Source: Spirochaetia bacterium (lineage in GTDB: Bacteria > Spirochaetota > Spirochaetia > DSM-2461). Taken from it: a stretch of DNA of 64,000 bases. The notes beneath the pieces were generated by a model that saw nothing but the letters and a program-made list of their open reading frames with translations, was not told the origin of the DNA and searched no databases. Below, piece by piece: positions 47,401 through 58,176 of this stretch (position 1 is its first letter; the number at the start of each line of letters is the position of its first letter). Made by a program: the position numbers and the translations under genes. The stretch spans positions 1 through 64,000 of the forward strand of contig CAXXIA010000003.1 in NCBI GenBank assembly GCA_963666985.2. The letters run 5' to 3'.

Positions 47401-48530
47401 GAAAGGCTCCTTAAGGCATCGGCGACAAGGTCTACGAATGCTTCGCGATTGATATCTACAACTACATCGACATTGGCTTCTTCCGGGGGGGTGCGCCCAA
47501 TGAAACCTCCATACGTTTCCCCTTTGGCCGGACTCACCACGGTGGCTCCCGTGGTGAGCGCGCCGACGCATTCCGCATCCACCCGGGCTTTTACCGACCT
47601 GAATATTTCCGGAGCGATAAGGGCGGCCACGGCGCAGGGATCGTGCAGAGGACTGCCGCCGAATCCGGCGAAATATTCTTCGTGGAATTTCTTAAAGAAA
47701 TCGAGCAGCTCGGCCACCATCACGCCGGTCTTTGTGCCGATATTGCGGAAGCTTTCAATGTCTTCCAGGGTAATAATCGCCTTATGCGACACATCCAGGC
47801 AGCTCATGATAATGGGCAGTCCGGATGAAAAGACAATCTGGGCGGCCTCGGGGTCTACAAGAATGTTGAATTCCGCGGCGGGCGTCCAGTTACCGCCGAT
47901 GGCCGCGCCGCCCATCATGCTGATCCGGGCGATTTTCGATTTCAAATCCGGCCTGGCCAAGAGAAGCATGGCCACGTTGGTAAAAGCTCCTGTAGGGATA
48001 ATCGTCACCGGCTCCGCGGCGTTTTCCAGAATATCCACCATGAGTTCAAAGGCGCTTAATTCCGATTCGGGGCGGTCGGGCATCGGAAGATCAGGACCGT
48101 CCATGCCCGTCTCGCCATGCACCTCGGCGGCCGTGATGAGTTCGCGAAAAAGCGGCTTCGACGATCCCCTGGCCACGGGCGCGTCACAGCCCAAAAAGCT
48201 TAAAATTTTCCGGGCGTTCAGCGTGATTTTTTCAATGGTCTGATTCCCGGCCGTGGTGCAGACTCCCAGAATATCGATTTCCGGACGGGCATGGGCCAGA
48301 ACAAGAGCGATGGCATCATCGTGCCCCGGATCGCAGTCCATGATAACAGGAAGGGAATGCGGCGCACCGGAGGTAAACGGGCCGAGAGAGGCGGGGTGAG
48401 TCTTTGCGATATGGCCGGCGGTGGGAGAGGATGCGGATTTTTCCGTTTTATAAGCCGTATTATTGGCCGCTTTTTCAGCCGAGTCGGCTTTAGCCGCCTT
48501 AACGGTCATGTTTTTAGAGATTTCGGGCAT
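47397..48530 (-). CDS. Nucleoside hydrolase (RihA/RihB-like) with a long N-terminal extension
   Basis: MDCDPGHDDAIA, AGNQT, VHGETGMDG, GNWTPAAEFNILVDPEAA, PLHDP. Confidence 0.93.
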   Translation of the reverse strand: MPEISKNMTVKAAKADSAEKAANNTAYKTEKSASSPTAGHIAKTHPASLGPFTSGAPHSLPVIMDCDPGHDDAIALVLAHARPEIDILGVCTTAGNQTIEKITLNARKILSFLGCDAPVARGSSKPLFRELITAAEVHGETGMDGPDLPMPDRPESELSAFELMVDILENAAEPVTIIPTGAFTNVAMLLLARPDLKSKIARISMMGGAAIGGNWTPAAEFNILVDPEAAQIVFSSGLPIIMSCLDVSHKAIITLEDIESFRNIGTKTGVMVAELLDFFKKFHEEYFAGFGGSPLHDPCAVAALIAPEIFRSVKARVDAECVGALTTGATVVSPAKGETYGGFIGRTPPEEANVDVVVDINREAFVDLVADALRSLS

Positions 48531-49519
48531 CAGGACTTCTCCCCGGAGGAACCCGCCGAAAGGGCGGCTATTTCTTCGGACACATTCATGGCAGCCCGTT
48601 CTTGAATCCGTTTTGCCTGCTCGGTCTTACGGATGGTGTAAATAACCAGTCCGATAACAACAACCACGTAGGGCAGCATGGAAACGAACTCGTAGGGAAT
48701 CTTTAAGATTTGCAGTGAATTGGACAAAGCGTCAAAGAAACCGAAAAGCAGGGATGTCAGCATCCCTCCCACCGGCGTGGCACCGCCCATGGCTTCCGCG
48801 GCAAGTGCGATAAAACCCCGCCCCGCGGTCATATCCCGGCTGAACCACGAGACATACCCCATGGACATGTAGGCTCCGCCGAAACCGGCCATCATGCCGG
48901 AAAGCACCAGTGCGGTGTAGCGAATCTTCACAACGCTGATGCCCACCGAATCGGCGGCGTTCTCATTTTCTCCAACCGCCCTGATTCTTAAGCCGATAGG
49001 CGTTTTGTACAAGAAGAACCAGACAACAAACACCATCAGAAAGGCCATGTACGTCAGAACGTTATGACCGGAAAAAATCGGTCCCAGTACGGGGATGCTT
49101 TTCAGAAGCGGAATATTGATTTTCGGAAGAACCTGCGAGGCCAAAGAAGCGGAAATACCCTTATCACCGGCCACAAGATAAAGAACGAAAATGGTGCCCC
49201 CCGAAGCGATCATGTTGAGTGCGACACCGGCCAGAATAATGTCCGTTTTCAGATTCAGAGAGAAATAGCCCAGAGCCAAAGCCACAAAGCCGCCGAAAAT
49301 AACGGCCATGAGAAGTCCGAACCAGGCGCTTCCGCTGATCGCCGAAAAAATCACCCCCGTTAAAGCGGAGATGAGCATGATTCCTTCCAGAGCGATGTTG
49401 ATGACTCCGGCCTTATCGGAAATAAGAGCACCCAGCGTGGCGAAAAGAATCGGCGTTGTAACCCGAAGAACCGAGTAGCCGAATTCCGCGTTAAGAATCG
49501 TGGACAGGATCTGATTCAT
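48530..49519 (-). CDS. Nucleoside ABC transporter permease (NupC-like)
   Basis: KAGVINIALEG, GLRIRAVGE..AADSVGISV, AGRGFIALAA. Confidence 0.92.
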   Translation of the reverse strand: MNQILSTILNAEFGYSVLRVTTPILFATLGALISDKAGVINIALEGIMLISALTGVIFSAISGSAWFGLLMAVIFGGFVALALGYFSLNLKTDIILAGVALNMIASGGTIFVLYLVAGDKGISASLASQVLPKINIPLLKSIPVLGPIFSGHNVLTYMAFLMVFVVWFFLYKTPIGLRIRAVGENENAADSVGISVVKIRYTALVLSGMMAGFGGAYMSMGYVSWFSRDMTAGRGFIALAAEAMGGATPVGGMLTSLLFGFFDALSNSLQILKIPYEFVSMLPYVVVVIGLVIYTIRKTEQAKRIQERAAMNVSEEIAALSAGSSGEKS

Positions 49520-50562
49520 GCCATCGCCTCCTTCACCACCAGCTTATGGCGCTGCCGGGCAAGGAAGGCTTCCGCCGCCACCAATATGATAATGACTCCC
49601 TGAATAATCGCCACGAATTCGTTGGGAACGTCCGTCTGCCGGGACATGATGTCCGCTCCTATGCTCAGATACGCCAGAAAGAAAGCCGCCACGGGAACAT
49701 AAAGAGGATTGTTCCTTGCCAGAATGGCGACAATCACGCCGGTCCATCCGTATCCGGGAAGCGACTGCCAGGTAAAACGGCGATAGAGCCCGAGAACCTC
49801 CACGGCGCCGCCCATGCCGGCGATGAATCCTCCGACCAGCTGGGAAAGAAGAATCGTATTCGCCGTATTGATTCCTGAGTATTCGGCGAAGGCGATATTT
49901 TTCCCGATTACACGGATTCTGTATCCCCAGCGCGTCCTGAATATGAAAACCGCCGAGAGGAAAATCATCAGAATCGCTATAAAAATGCCGAAATGAACCT
50001 TGGTTTTGGGAATCAGTTTAATCAGCTTGGCGGTTTCGCCGAAGGGATAGGAAACCATGGCGCCCGCGTTGACATCCCGCAGGAAATAATTGATGAGATA
50101 GAGACCGAAGAAAAAAGCGATGTAATTGAACATCAAAGAGGAAACCAATTCCGAAGCTCCCCATTTGATTTTCAATAAACCGGGAATACCGCAGAAAACG
50201 GCGCCGATGGCCCCTCCCCAGAGTATGGCGATAAATGGATGAATCACCGGCGGAAGATTCCAGTTCACGGCCAAAAAGGAGGCGCCGATGGCGCCGAAGA
50301 AAAAACCGCCTTCGGCACCCAGATTAAACTGAGCCGCGGAAAACATGATGCTGACCGAGAGACCGCAGAAAATCAGCGGTATCATCAACTCCAGCACGTT
50401 CCCGATATGCCGCAGGCTGTCCAGAGGTCCCAAAAGAAAGCTCTTCAGCGCCTCGCCCGGCATATCGGAATTGAAAAAAATAATCACCATGGCCAAAGCC
50501 AAAGCAATGACGATGGCTATGACGATTCTGCCGAGTTCAAACAATTTAAGCGATTTAAACAT
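49516..50562 (-). CDS. Nucleoside ABC transporter permease (NupB-like)
   Basis: FNLGAEG, ELVSSLMFNY, FAEYSGI, GYGWTGVIVAILARNNP. Confidence 0.92.
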   Translation of the reverse strand: MFKSLKLFELGRIVIAIVIALALAMVIIFFNSDMPGEALKSFLLGPLDSLRHIGNVLELMIPLIFCGLSVSIMFSAAQFNLGAEGGFFFGAIGASFLAVNWNLPPVIHPFIAILWGGAIGAVFCGIPGLLKIKWGASELVSSLMFNYIAFFFGLYLINYFLRDVNAGAMVSYPFGETAKLIKLIPKTKVHFGIFIAILMIFLSAVFIFRTRWGYRIRVIGKNIAFAEYSGINTANTILLSQLVGGFIAGMGGAVEVLGLYRRFTWQSLPGYGWTGVIVAILARNNPLYVPVAAFFLAYLSIGADIMSRQTDVPNEFVAIIQGVIIILVAAEAFLARQRHKLVVKEAMA

Positions 50563-52120
50563 GGAGAGCCCTCCGGATTTCTTCGGCATCCTGTTTCTTC
50601 AGCCCAAGCATATACAGCCCAAGCTCTTCTTCCGATATGGATGAGGCATCTTCGATATAAGCGGTAATTTTTCCGCCGTACATCACGATAAGCGCATCCG
50701 ACAATTCCATGACTTCATTCAAGTCGGCGGAGACCAAAAGGACGGCACAGCCCTCGTCTCTCAGTGTGACCAAACGCTTGCGAATAAATTCGGTGGCACC
50801 GACGTCGATACCCCGTGTGGGCTGATCCGCGACGATAAGATGGGGTTCCGAAGAGAACTCCCGGGCGACAACGACCTTCTGGATATTGCCGCCTGAGAGC
50901 CTGCCGACTTCCTGCTGAGCGGAAGAACAAAGAACCCGATATTCTTGAACCAAGTCGTCGGACATTTTGTGGATGGCATTCATATCCATGAGAAATCCGC
51001 TGCGTGTGAACTCCTGATGATCGTGCTTATAGGCAAGAAGATTGGCCTCAATGGACATATCCCGAACACAGCCTTGAGTCATTCGGTCTTCGGGAACATG
51101 GGATGTGCCCAAATCCCGAATCTGCTTGATGGAGAGCTTCTTGATATCGGTATCGGTAATGGAGATATCCCCCGAAGCGTATCGGCCCATGCCGGTAATG
51201 GCCTCCACCAATTCCCGCTGACCGTTTCCCTCCACTCCGGCGACTCCGAGGATTTCACCGGAACGCACGGAAAAACCGATATCGTCGACGGCGCGTTTGC
51301 TGAAGCGGTTCACCACCGTGAGATTTTTAACTTCCAGAACCGTTTCTTTGGGATTCGCCGGTCCTTTTTTCACTTTCAGAACAACATCCCGTCCGACCAT
51401 AAGCCGGGAAATGTCCTGCTCGGTTACATCCGCGACATCGAACACGCCTTGATTGGATCCGGAACGCATAATGGTAACCCGATCGCAGAGGTTTTTTATT
51501 TCATTAAGCTTATGGGAAATGAAAATAATCGTATTGCCTTGATTTTTAAGGAGCTTGAGTTCCTCGAAAAGTTCATCCGTTTCCTGAGGAGTCAGAACCG
51601 CGGTGGGCTCATCCAGAATCAAGATACGGGCGCCCCTGTGCAGAGCTTTGAGAATCTCCACTTTCTGTTTGATGCCTACCGGTAAATCACGGACGGCCAT
51701 GGAGGGATCGACTTTCAGATTGTATTTTTCCGAAAGCTCTTGCGTGATTTTTATCGCTTCGGAAACATTCAACCGGATTCCTTTTCTCGGCTCCACGCCC
51801 ATCACCAAGTTCTCGGCAACGGATAATGAAGGAACTAGCATGAAATGTTGATGAACCATACCTATGCCGTAGGCAATGGCGGCATGAGGATTGGAGATAT
51901 TGATTTCCCGACCTTCGAGAAGAATGCGCCCTTCTTCAGGGTGATTCAAACCGAAGAGAATCTGCATCAGGGTTGTTTTTCCGGCACCGTTTTCTCCAAC
52001 CAAACCATGAATTTCTCCCGCGGATATTGAAAAGTCCACGCTTTTATTGGCCATGATTCCGTTGGGATAAACTTTGGTGATGTTCTCCATTCTCAGAAGT
52101 TCACCGTTTGTATCAGGCAT
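50555..52120 (-). CDS. Nucleoside ABC transporter ATP-binding protein (NupA-like)
   Basis: GENGAGKTT, GIGMVHQHFML, LDEPTAVLTPQE, GVEGNGQ, LSGGNIQK. Confidence 0.94.
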   Translation of the reverse strand: MPDTNGELLRMENITKVYPNGIMANKSVDFSISAGEIHGLVGENGAGKTTLMQILFGLNHPEEGRILLEGREINISNPHAAIAYGIGMVHQHFMLVPSLSVAENLVMGVEPRKGIRLNVSEAIKITQELSEKYNLKVDPSMAVRDLPVGIKQKVEILKALHRGARILILDEPTAVLTPQETDELFEELKLLKNQGNTIIFISHKLNEIKNLCDRVTIMRSGSNQGVFDVADVTEQDISRLMVGRDVVLKVKKGPANPKETVLEVKNLTVVNRFSKRAVDDIGFSVRSGEILGVAGVEGNGQRELVEAITGMGRYASGDISITDTDIKKLSIKQIRDLGTSHVPEDRMTQGCVRDMSIEANLLAYKHDHQEFTRSGFLMDMNAIHKMSDDLVQEYRVLCSSAQQEVGRLSGGNIQKVVVAREFSSEPHLIVADQPTRGIDVGATEFIRKRLVTLRDEGCAVLLVSADLNEVMELSDALIVMYGGKITAYIEDASSISEEELGLYMLGLKKQDAEEIRRALHV

Positions 52121-52181
52121 TACTCTTACTCCAGAGACCGCCGAACCGTCCGAGAAACAATACGGCGGCTAAAATTTGCAG

Positions 52182-52206
52182 AAAGCCCCGATCGCGGGAT
52201 CGGGGC
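52182..52206 (-). terminator. Intra-operon hairpin after the BMP gene
   Basis: Plus-strand GCCCCGATC-GCGG-GATCGGGGC; on the minus strand the hairpin is followed by TTT. Confidence 0.6.
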
Positions 52207-52230
52207 CGTTCTGTCTCAAGAATTTCGGAA

Positions 52231-53337
52231 CTACGGTTTGACCGAATTCCTCATACTGTTCAGCTTGTCGGAATCCATTCCCAGGGCGGTACTGACTTTG
52301 ATTTCACCGCTCTGAATCTTCGCTTCCAAATCCGACACCAGCGTTCGAATGTCCTCGGGCACAAGATCCCTGTAAACCTCATTGTCTGCCAATCCGACGG
52401 CTTCTTCCGCGAAACCGAGAGTTTCGGCCTTGCCGTAAGGACAGGTTCCGGCCATATGCATATCAATGGCCCGAAGAAGCGACATATCAACCCTCTTCAG
52501 AACGCTGGTTGTAATCAGCTTCGCCTTGGCCGGATCGGTTTCCATGAAAATCAGGGCCTGATCGGAATCGACGCCGATGGCATATTTATTCACATCTTTT
52601 GCGGCGTCCAGCAATCCCAGTCCCGCCTGACTGGCGACATTGTAGCCGATGTCGGCGCCGATATTGTACTGAGCCAGGGCCATTTCCTTACCCTTGGCGG
52701 AATCGGAAAAGGAACCGACGTAGGATATGGCGACCTTAACGGCGGGATCCACATATTGAACGCCTTCAATGAAGCCGACCAAGAAGTCGTTAATAACGGG
52801 AATATCCATACCGCCCAGGAATCCCACGACTTTATCGCTGTTGGCCAGCGGCATATCCGAATTGGTTATGGAAGCGGCCATGGCGCCGGCGACAAACGAA
52901 GCTTCGTTCTGCTTGTACATAATGGAATAGACATTCTCAAGTCCCAAGGAATAATCCACGGAAGTATCGAAGATAATGAACCGCTTATCGGGATATTCCG
53001 CGGCGACTTCCTGAAGCATTTCCGTCATTTGCCAGGTTCCGACAACAATAATGTCCCAATCGTCTTCAACGGTATCCAAGAGCGTGGGCTCCCACTTGGT
53101 TTCGTCGTAACCCATTTCAATGGTTTTTGTAACCGCACCGTATTTCTCATGAATCATCTTCATTCCGTTGTCGGCGGAATCAAAAAAAGATTTGTCACCC
53201 ATGGTTCCGTTCGCCAGATAGATCACTTTAAGAACATCATCCTTGGTTGTCTCCGCAGTCTTTTCTTTGCTGCAGCCGACGAAGAGAAGGGCTCCTCCCA
53301 AAACAAGAGCCGCCAAGATAACAACGAGCCTTTTCAT
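52231..53337 (-). CDS. BMP-family (PnrA/TmpC-like) nucleoside-binding lipoprotein
   Basis: LFVG-C lipoprotein signal; GDKSFFD, EASFVAG, GFLGG, GSFSD, AIGVDSDQ, TSVLKRVD. Confidence 0.93.
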   Translation of the reverse strand: MKRLVVILAALVLGGALLFVGCSKEKTAETTKDDVLKVIYLANGTMGDKSFFDSADNGMKMIHEKYGAVTKTIEMGYDETKWEPTLLDTVEDDWDIIVVGTWQMTEMLQEVAAEYPDKRFIIFDTSVDYSLGLENVYSIMYKQNEASFVAGAMAASITNSDMPLANSDKVVGFLGGMDIPVINDFLVGFIEGVQYVDPAVKVAISYVGSFSDSAKGKEMALAQYNIGADIGYNVASQAGLGLLDAAKDVNKYAIGVDSDQALIFMETDPAKAKLITTSVLKRVDMSLLRAIDMHMAGTCPYGKAETLGFAEEAVGLADNEVYRDLVPEDIRTLVSDLEAKIQSGEIKVSTALGMDSDKLNSMRNSVKP

Positions 53338-53456
53338 TAGCTTTCTCCTTTTTCGGATCGGTCAATCTTACCCAATCCGTATTATTCAATTATGCTTTCT
53401 CAAGTCCCTTTCAGGAACAGCTTTTCTTCGAAATAAAAAGATTTTGTCTTTTAAAT

Positions 53457-54890
53457 TCACGAATATGAAACCATTTTTTTGGCCAAATCCGCGGTCCAGC
53501 GAGAGAGTTCACTGATTTTCATATGCTCCAAACCCGGTACATAAGTCTCCAAATCATCACCGATGGGATCGCTCCACGTTGCCGGCACAGGGAACATAAT
53601 GCCCAAAGCACTCCCGACTTCACCGGCATTGCAATCCACATCAACGCCGCAGTCGGCCAATATCCGAAACGCCCGAGTCAGATCGTTTCCGCAATACCAA
53701 AGAGAAAGAACCACGGCGACCATGTTCGGATATGCATGAATCCAATTATATGTTTTTAAATCCTCGTATAAAGAATCCCATGCCGCAATATGATCCTCAT
53801 CCGCTCCCTTGTCGAAACTCCGAGCGGCCGCGATGGTCTTATCCATCAATTCGGCGAATTCCGTTCCGTCGGGCACATAACGCCGGGACTCAAGGAGGAG
53901 CTTCCGGGAATCATCAAAAAGAAAGGCCAGTGAACTGAGGACCGCCGAATGAATCCCGGCGTAAACTCCGTTGGTATTATGAGAAACCGTTGAATCCATC
54001 CACGCGTATTTCGCCGCCCGCATCGGATCTCCCGGTGCGAGGAAACCGCAGACCATGGTCCTCATTTGAGCGCCGATCCATTCGGAAAAGGGATTCCCCA
54101 TTCGGCCGGATTCGGGAGGATACCAGCCGCGGCGTAAATTCTCCAATGCGAAATATTCCGCCGACCATCCCATCGGAATGTATTGCAGCCACATGTCCGC
54201 GATATCGTCCGCCGTTATATCCCGCGATTTATCCGCGGCACGCTGTGCCGCTTTCAGTACCATCAGTTCAAAAGTGATGTCGTCATTAAGCGTTTCGGGC
54301 GGCTTGATATAGCCGTTCAGCTTCTCACCGTACGTTTCCCGAAGAGTCTTCCCCGTATAGCCTTCCAAAGCGGTTCCGTAAGAACCTCCGGAAATCTGTC
54401 CCAGCCATGCCCGGTGTATCCGATCTTCCAAATCGGGAACATCGGAGGGAGAAAAAGGTGCCGCGGACGCGGCTCCTTCATCATTCGCCGCGGGCATGAG
54501 GGAACGGGCCTCCTCCCATGTATCGGGACGAACGGTTTTATGCGTCGGATGATTCTTATCGGGCACAGCCGAATTGAGGGCCTTTAAAATACGGCCCGAA
54601 AGCATATCCAACTCGGCATCGTTCCCACGTTCACAGGCCGCAAGACCATCATCAAGCAGAGCTTCGGCTTCGGAAACATCGTATCCCTGGTTGTATCGGG
54701 CCTGAATCATGGCGGTATACAAGCTTTCCGGAGCCCGCGATCCGGGAACCCGGCTGTCCCAGAATAATTTTAAATGAACCCGCCAACCGGCCAGAAGAAC
54801 GTCGGCGCCGCCCCAATCCGAAGGATCTTCCTCGAAATTTACGGGCCTCGCCGTTTCAATTTTTTCCAATTCCCTTTCCCAGGCTTTCAT
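53457..54890 (-). CDS. ADP-ribosylglycohydrolase family protein
   Basis: AWLGQ..G.ALEG, NDDITF, EWIGAQMR, VSH..NG, CGVDVDCNAG; about 150-aa N-terminal extension. Confidence 0.85.
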   Translation of the reverse strand: MKAWERELEKIETARPVNFEEDPSDWGGADVLLAGWRVHLKLFWDSRVPGSRAPESLYTAMIQARYNQGYDVSEAEALLDDGLAACERGNDAELDMLSGRILKALNSAVPDKNHPTHKTVRPDTWEEARSLMPAANDEGAASAAPFSPSDVPDLEDRIHRAWLGQISGGSYGTALEGYTGKTLRETYGEKLNGYIKPPETLNDDITFELMVLKAAQRAADKSRDITADDIADMWLQYIPMGWSAEYFALENLRRGWYPPESGRMGNPFSEWIGAQMRTMVCGFLAPGDPMRAAKYAWMDSTVSHNTNGVYAGIHSAVLSSLAFLFDDSRKLLLESRRYVPDGTEFAELMDKTIAAARSFDKGADEDHIAAWDSLYEDLKTYNWIHAYPNMVAVVLSLWYCGNDLTRAFRILADCGVDVDCNAGEVGSALGIMFPVPATWSDPIGDDLETYVPGLEHMKISELSRWTADLAKKMVSYS

Positions 54891-55034
54891 AACAATCATT
54901 ACCTCGCATTGATTTTGCACACTTTCGCTGAGTACAGATACCGTTACCCCGAAAAGAATAGAGCCTAATCCATTAATCGCTCCAATCTTCAGAGTATATT
55001 CCCAATAAATACGGCCCTTAACAACACCGAAGGT

Positions 55035-56189
55035 TTATATTTTTCGACGCCACTCCTTCGGCGACATACCGGTCACTTTCTTGAAGACTTTTGAAAAATA
55101 ATAGGAGTTTTCATATCCCAGCATTTCGGCCACTTCCCGGACTTTAATGCGTCGCTGCCGCATCAGCTCCATCGCTTTGTCGATCTTTGCCGAAGTCATG
55201 TAGCTGGAAAGCCCTTGTCCCGTCCGCTTTTTGAATACCGTTGAGAGATAGTTGGGACTCATTTCAAAATGTTCGGCGATATCGGAAATCGTCAGACGCT
55301 CCATCATATGTCCGCAGACATAAACCTTAACGGCATCGGTGAGTTTCCGGTGCGGCTTATCGGAACTCGGGTCCGCGAACACCACCGGACAATCACCGGT
55401 GGCTTGCTTCAGGGCCAGAAGGGCATCATCGTGAGACTCGCCGATTCGTGCCGGCTGTTCCGCGCTTCTGCCGATACCGGCCAAAAGCGGTGTATTGAAA
55501 TAAGTAGCCACGGCCGAGACGGCGTTCCGGGCCGCTTTGCCCGCATCTCCCGAATCGGCGCAGACGATTGCGGCAAACAGCGGGCCGTCCAGCTTCACCA
55601 ACCTGGAGGACATGCTGCGTCCGAGAATCTCTCCCGCCATATCCATCGCATAGCGCAAATCGTCAACTTCGGAGCGGAAACAGATAACGCTCCAGGGACC
55701 TTCGGGCAGACCGGCTTCAACCGCCGTTTCTCCGTCACCTTTTCCGGCGAGAAGCGGAAGCAGTAATCGATTCCCTTCTTCGGATACGGGCTGCCGATGG
55801 AGCTGCTCGTGTTGCTTAACTTTGGCCAGGGAGCGTTTCACGCAGGCAGAAAGAGTTTCCTCGGAGATTTCAATCTTTATTAAATAATCGTCGGCCCCCA
55901 GCCGCAAGGCCTTCTGCACCAGCGTAAAATCATCATAGCTTGTCAGAACGATGAACTGTCCGTCCCAGCCGGTATTCCGGCAGGCTTCCAGCAATTCCAA
56001 GCCGTCCATCACGGGCATCTTAATATCGCAAAATACCAAATCGGGTCTCAAACGGCCGATTATTTCCAGCGCCTGCCTGCCGTTGCGGGCCATACCGACA
56101 ATTTCCACACCCAGAGAATGCCAATCGAGCATCGACTTCAGGCCGACCTGAATCAAAGGATCATCATCGACGATAATCATCTTATACAT
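55035..56189 (-). CDS. YesN-type response regulator (REC + AraC HTH)
   Basis: IVDDD, CDIKMPVMDGL, ALRLGADDYLIK, SPNYLSTVFKK, GYENSYYFSKVFKK. Confidence 0.92.
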   Translation of the reverse strand: MYKMIIVDDDPLIQVGLKSMLDWHSLGVEIVGMARNGRQALEIIGRLRPDLVFCDIKMPVMDGLELLEACRNTGWDGQFIVLTSYDDFTLVQKALRLGADDYLIKIEISEETLSACVKRSLAKVKQHEQLHRQPVSEEGNRLLLPLLAGKGDGETAVEAGLPEGPWSVICFRSEVDDLRYAMDMAGEILGRSMSSRLVKLDGPLFAAIVCADSGDAGKAARNAVSAVATYFNTPLLAGIGRSAEQPARIGESHDDALLALKQATGDCPVVFADPSSDKPHRKLTDAVKVYVCGHMMERLTISDIAEHFEMSPNYLSTVFKKRTGQGLSSYMTSAKIDKAMELMRQRRIKVREVAEMLGYENSYYFSKVFKKVTGMSPKEWRRKI

Positions 56190-57957
56190 CGGTATCCTCC
56201 GAAATAAGCCGGTAAGGCAGTAAGAGGGTAACTGTTGTGCCCTCACCTATTGTGCTATTTACCTTCAAGCCGTAGTTCGAACCGAACGTAAGCTTAATCC
56301 GCTCGTCCACGTTGCTTAAACCGATGCGGTTGAATCGGCCGGATTTCTCCCGGGTTACAAGGGTCTCTCTCACTTGCTCATCCGTCATGCCCACACCGTC
56401 GTCATGCACCTGTAAGGAAAGACCATCTCCGAGACGCCGAATGGAAACGGTGACTGTACCACCGCTTTCTTTAGGAGCAAGACCGTGCAGAAAAGCGTTT
56501 TCAACGAGCGGCTGCAGGCTGAACTTGATAATTCGACAATCAAGAACGCATTCGTCGGGAATATCAAAACCCACTTCATAGAGGCTCCCCCGAATGGTTC
56601 GTTCCAAATCGATGAAGTACTCCAGCAACTCCAGTTCACGTCTGACGCTGATAATTTCATCAGTGCCTTTGGCAATCTCCTTCAGCAAAAAAGCCAGGGA
56701 ACTGACGGTCCGGGAGATGCCTTTGGCTTTCTGCATGTCGGCCATCCATTTAACGGAATTAAGCGTGTTATAAAGAAAATGCGGATTAATCTGCGACTGC
56801 AGCATATTCAGTTCAAGAATTTTACGCTGCTTCTCATCTTTAATCCGCTGGTCGATCAGACGGTGTACCTGCCGCGCCATACGATTAATGTCCACTCCGA
56901 TCCGTCCGATTTCATCGTCCGATTCAATCTCTCGATTAACGGCGAAATTGCCGCCGGCAATGGAATCCAACTGCAGAATAATCTTGTGAATCGGAGTATT
57001 CACCATACGGTTCATAAAGACGATAATCACTCCGGTCAGCAGCAGGATGCCACCAACCACGATAAGAAGCAGCATCAGATAATCGGCGCTGCCCAGATAA
57101 TCCGTCCGCGCCGGAATAACCTCGGCCAAAAGCCAGTCAAGCTCTTGCGATCGATAGGATATAAGGACTTCGGAATCACCAAACATCCTCCAGTGGTCCT
57201 CATCACTCATCGCCTCCAACAACGGGATAAGAGAGGCACTCTCGTGGGCCGCCACCAAACGATCACCTTCCAGAAGCCAAAGCTCACCGCCGAGGAGAAC
57301 GTAGAAACGCCCCTGTATTAATTTCTTTACCCTCAGAAAACTGTCGATAATCGCATGAGCATTAATCGTGATATACGTCCAGCCCTGAGGTGCACCGGGT
57401 GCCGCCGGATCGATGCGGCGAATAATCGGCATCGTCTGCACCTCATCGGCATACGGATATTGTATGGTATGAAGCAAATCGGGGATTTCGCTGTTGCGGG
57501 AAAGTTTTTCGGCGAAAAACGGAAGCCCTCGAACAACATCCAAATCACCGGGCAAACCGGAGATAACTCCCTGCTCAAGATAAGAGCCGTTTTCACTGGA
57601 AATAATGAGCTTATCGATATAACGCCCTCCGACGCTGCTGGAGATGCGGTCGTTCAAAACACGCCAAGCCTCAACCCGCAGCCTTCTGATGGTCGCTTCG
57701 TCGGTTTCGGCGACGAACATAACGATACGGCTGGTAGCGGTGGTCCAGTTGGCCAATTCCATGATATCGCCGACGACGTTTTCCATTTGCTCCGAGGCAA
57801 GCTGCAGGTTCCATCGCGAGGCCTGCACCGTGGTTCGCAGCGATTGGCGGTTGAAAATTCCCAGTATGATACCTGTGACGGCGATGAGTACGATGACGGT
57901 ACAGAGCACACACGCCAGCAGCATGCGGTATTTCAATGAAAGCGTTCGGTGCTTCAT
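56182..57957 (-). CDS. YesM-type sensor histidine kinase
   Basis: Two TMs, HAMP (DEIG), LQSQINPHFLYNTL, LQPLVENAFLHG, DDGVGM, IGLSNV. Confidence 0.93.
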   Translation of the reverse strand: MKHRTLSLKYRMLLACVLCTVIVLIAVTGIILGIFNRQSLRTTVQASRWNLQLASEQMENVVGDIMELANWTTATSRIVMFVAETDEATIRRLRVEAWRVLNDRISSSVGGRYIDKLIISSENGSYLEQGVISGLPGDLDVVRGLPFFAEKLSRNSEIPDLLHTIQYPYADEVQTMPIIRRIDPAAPGAPQGWTYITINAHAIIDSFLRVKKLIQGRFYVLLGGELWLLEGDRLVAAHESASLIPLLEAMSDEDHWRMFGDSEVLISYRSQELDWLLAEVIPARTDYLGSADYLMLLLIVVGGILLLTGVIIVFMNRMVNTPIHKIILQLDSIAGGNFAVNREIESDDEIGRIGVDINRMARQVHRLIDQRIKDEKQRKILELNMLQSQINPHFLYNTLNSVKWMADMQKAKGISRTVSSLAFLLKEIAKGTDEIISVRRELELLEYFIDLERTIRGSLYEVGFDIPDECVLDCRIIKFSLQPLVENAFLHGLAPKESGGTVTVSIRRLGDGLSLQVHDDGVGMTDEQVRETLVTREKSGRFNRIGLSNVDERIKLTFGSNYGLKVNSTIGEGTTVTLLLPYRLISEDTDV

Positions 57958-58176
57958 AGGCGTTTCGGTATCCCAAGTATCGTAACTCGAAACTCCCATA
58001 AGTCAAGAAAGATGGATTGGAGAAAATTACAGAGAATTGTAAAAAAGTACCTATGTTCCTCATCTCTTTCGGTGAAATTGGCAGGCAATCGGAGAGATTG
58101 CCCCGTTTTATGCTGAAAATAACGGACGTACAATTTTTAAAGATAAGTCTTATCAGAACCAAAGGAGGTCTGAAAT

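Noticed and set aside
52108..53340. Long antisense ORFs (410 aa here; also 42716-43867, 17340-18167, 56485-57321, 3843-4580)
   Set aside because: They are shadows of well-supported genes on the opposite strand and have no motifs.
53338..53456. Purine or c-di-GMP riboswitch upstream of the BMP, deoD, ushA or MCP genes
   Set aside because: No recognisable aptamer consensus in these leaders.
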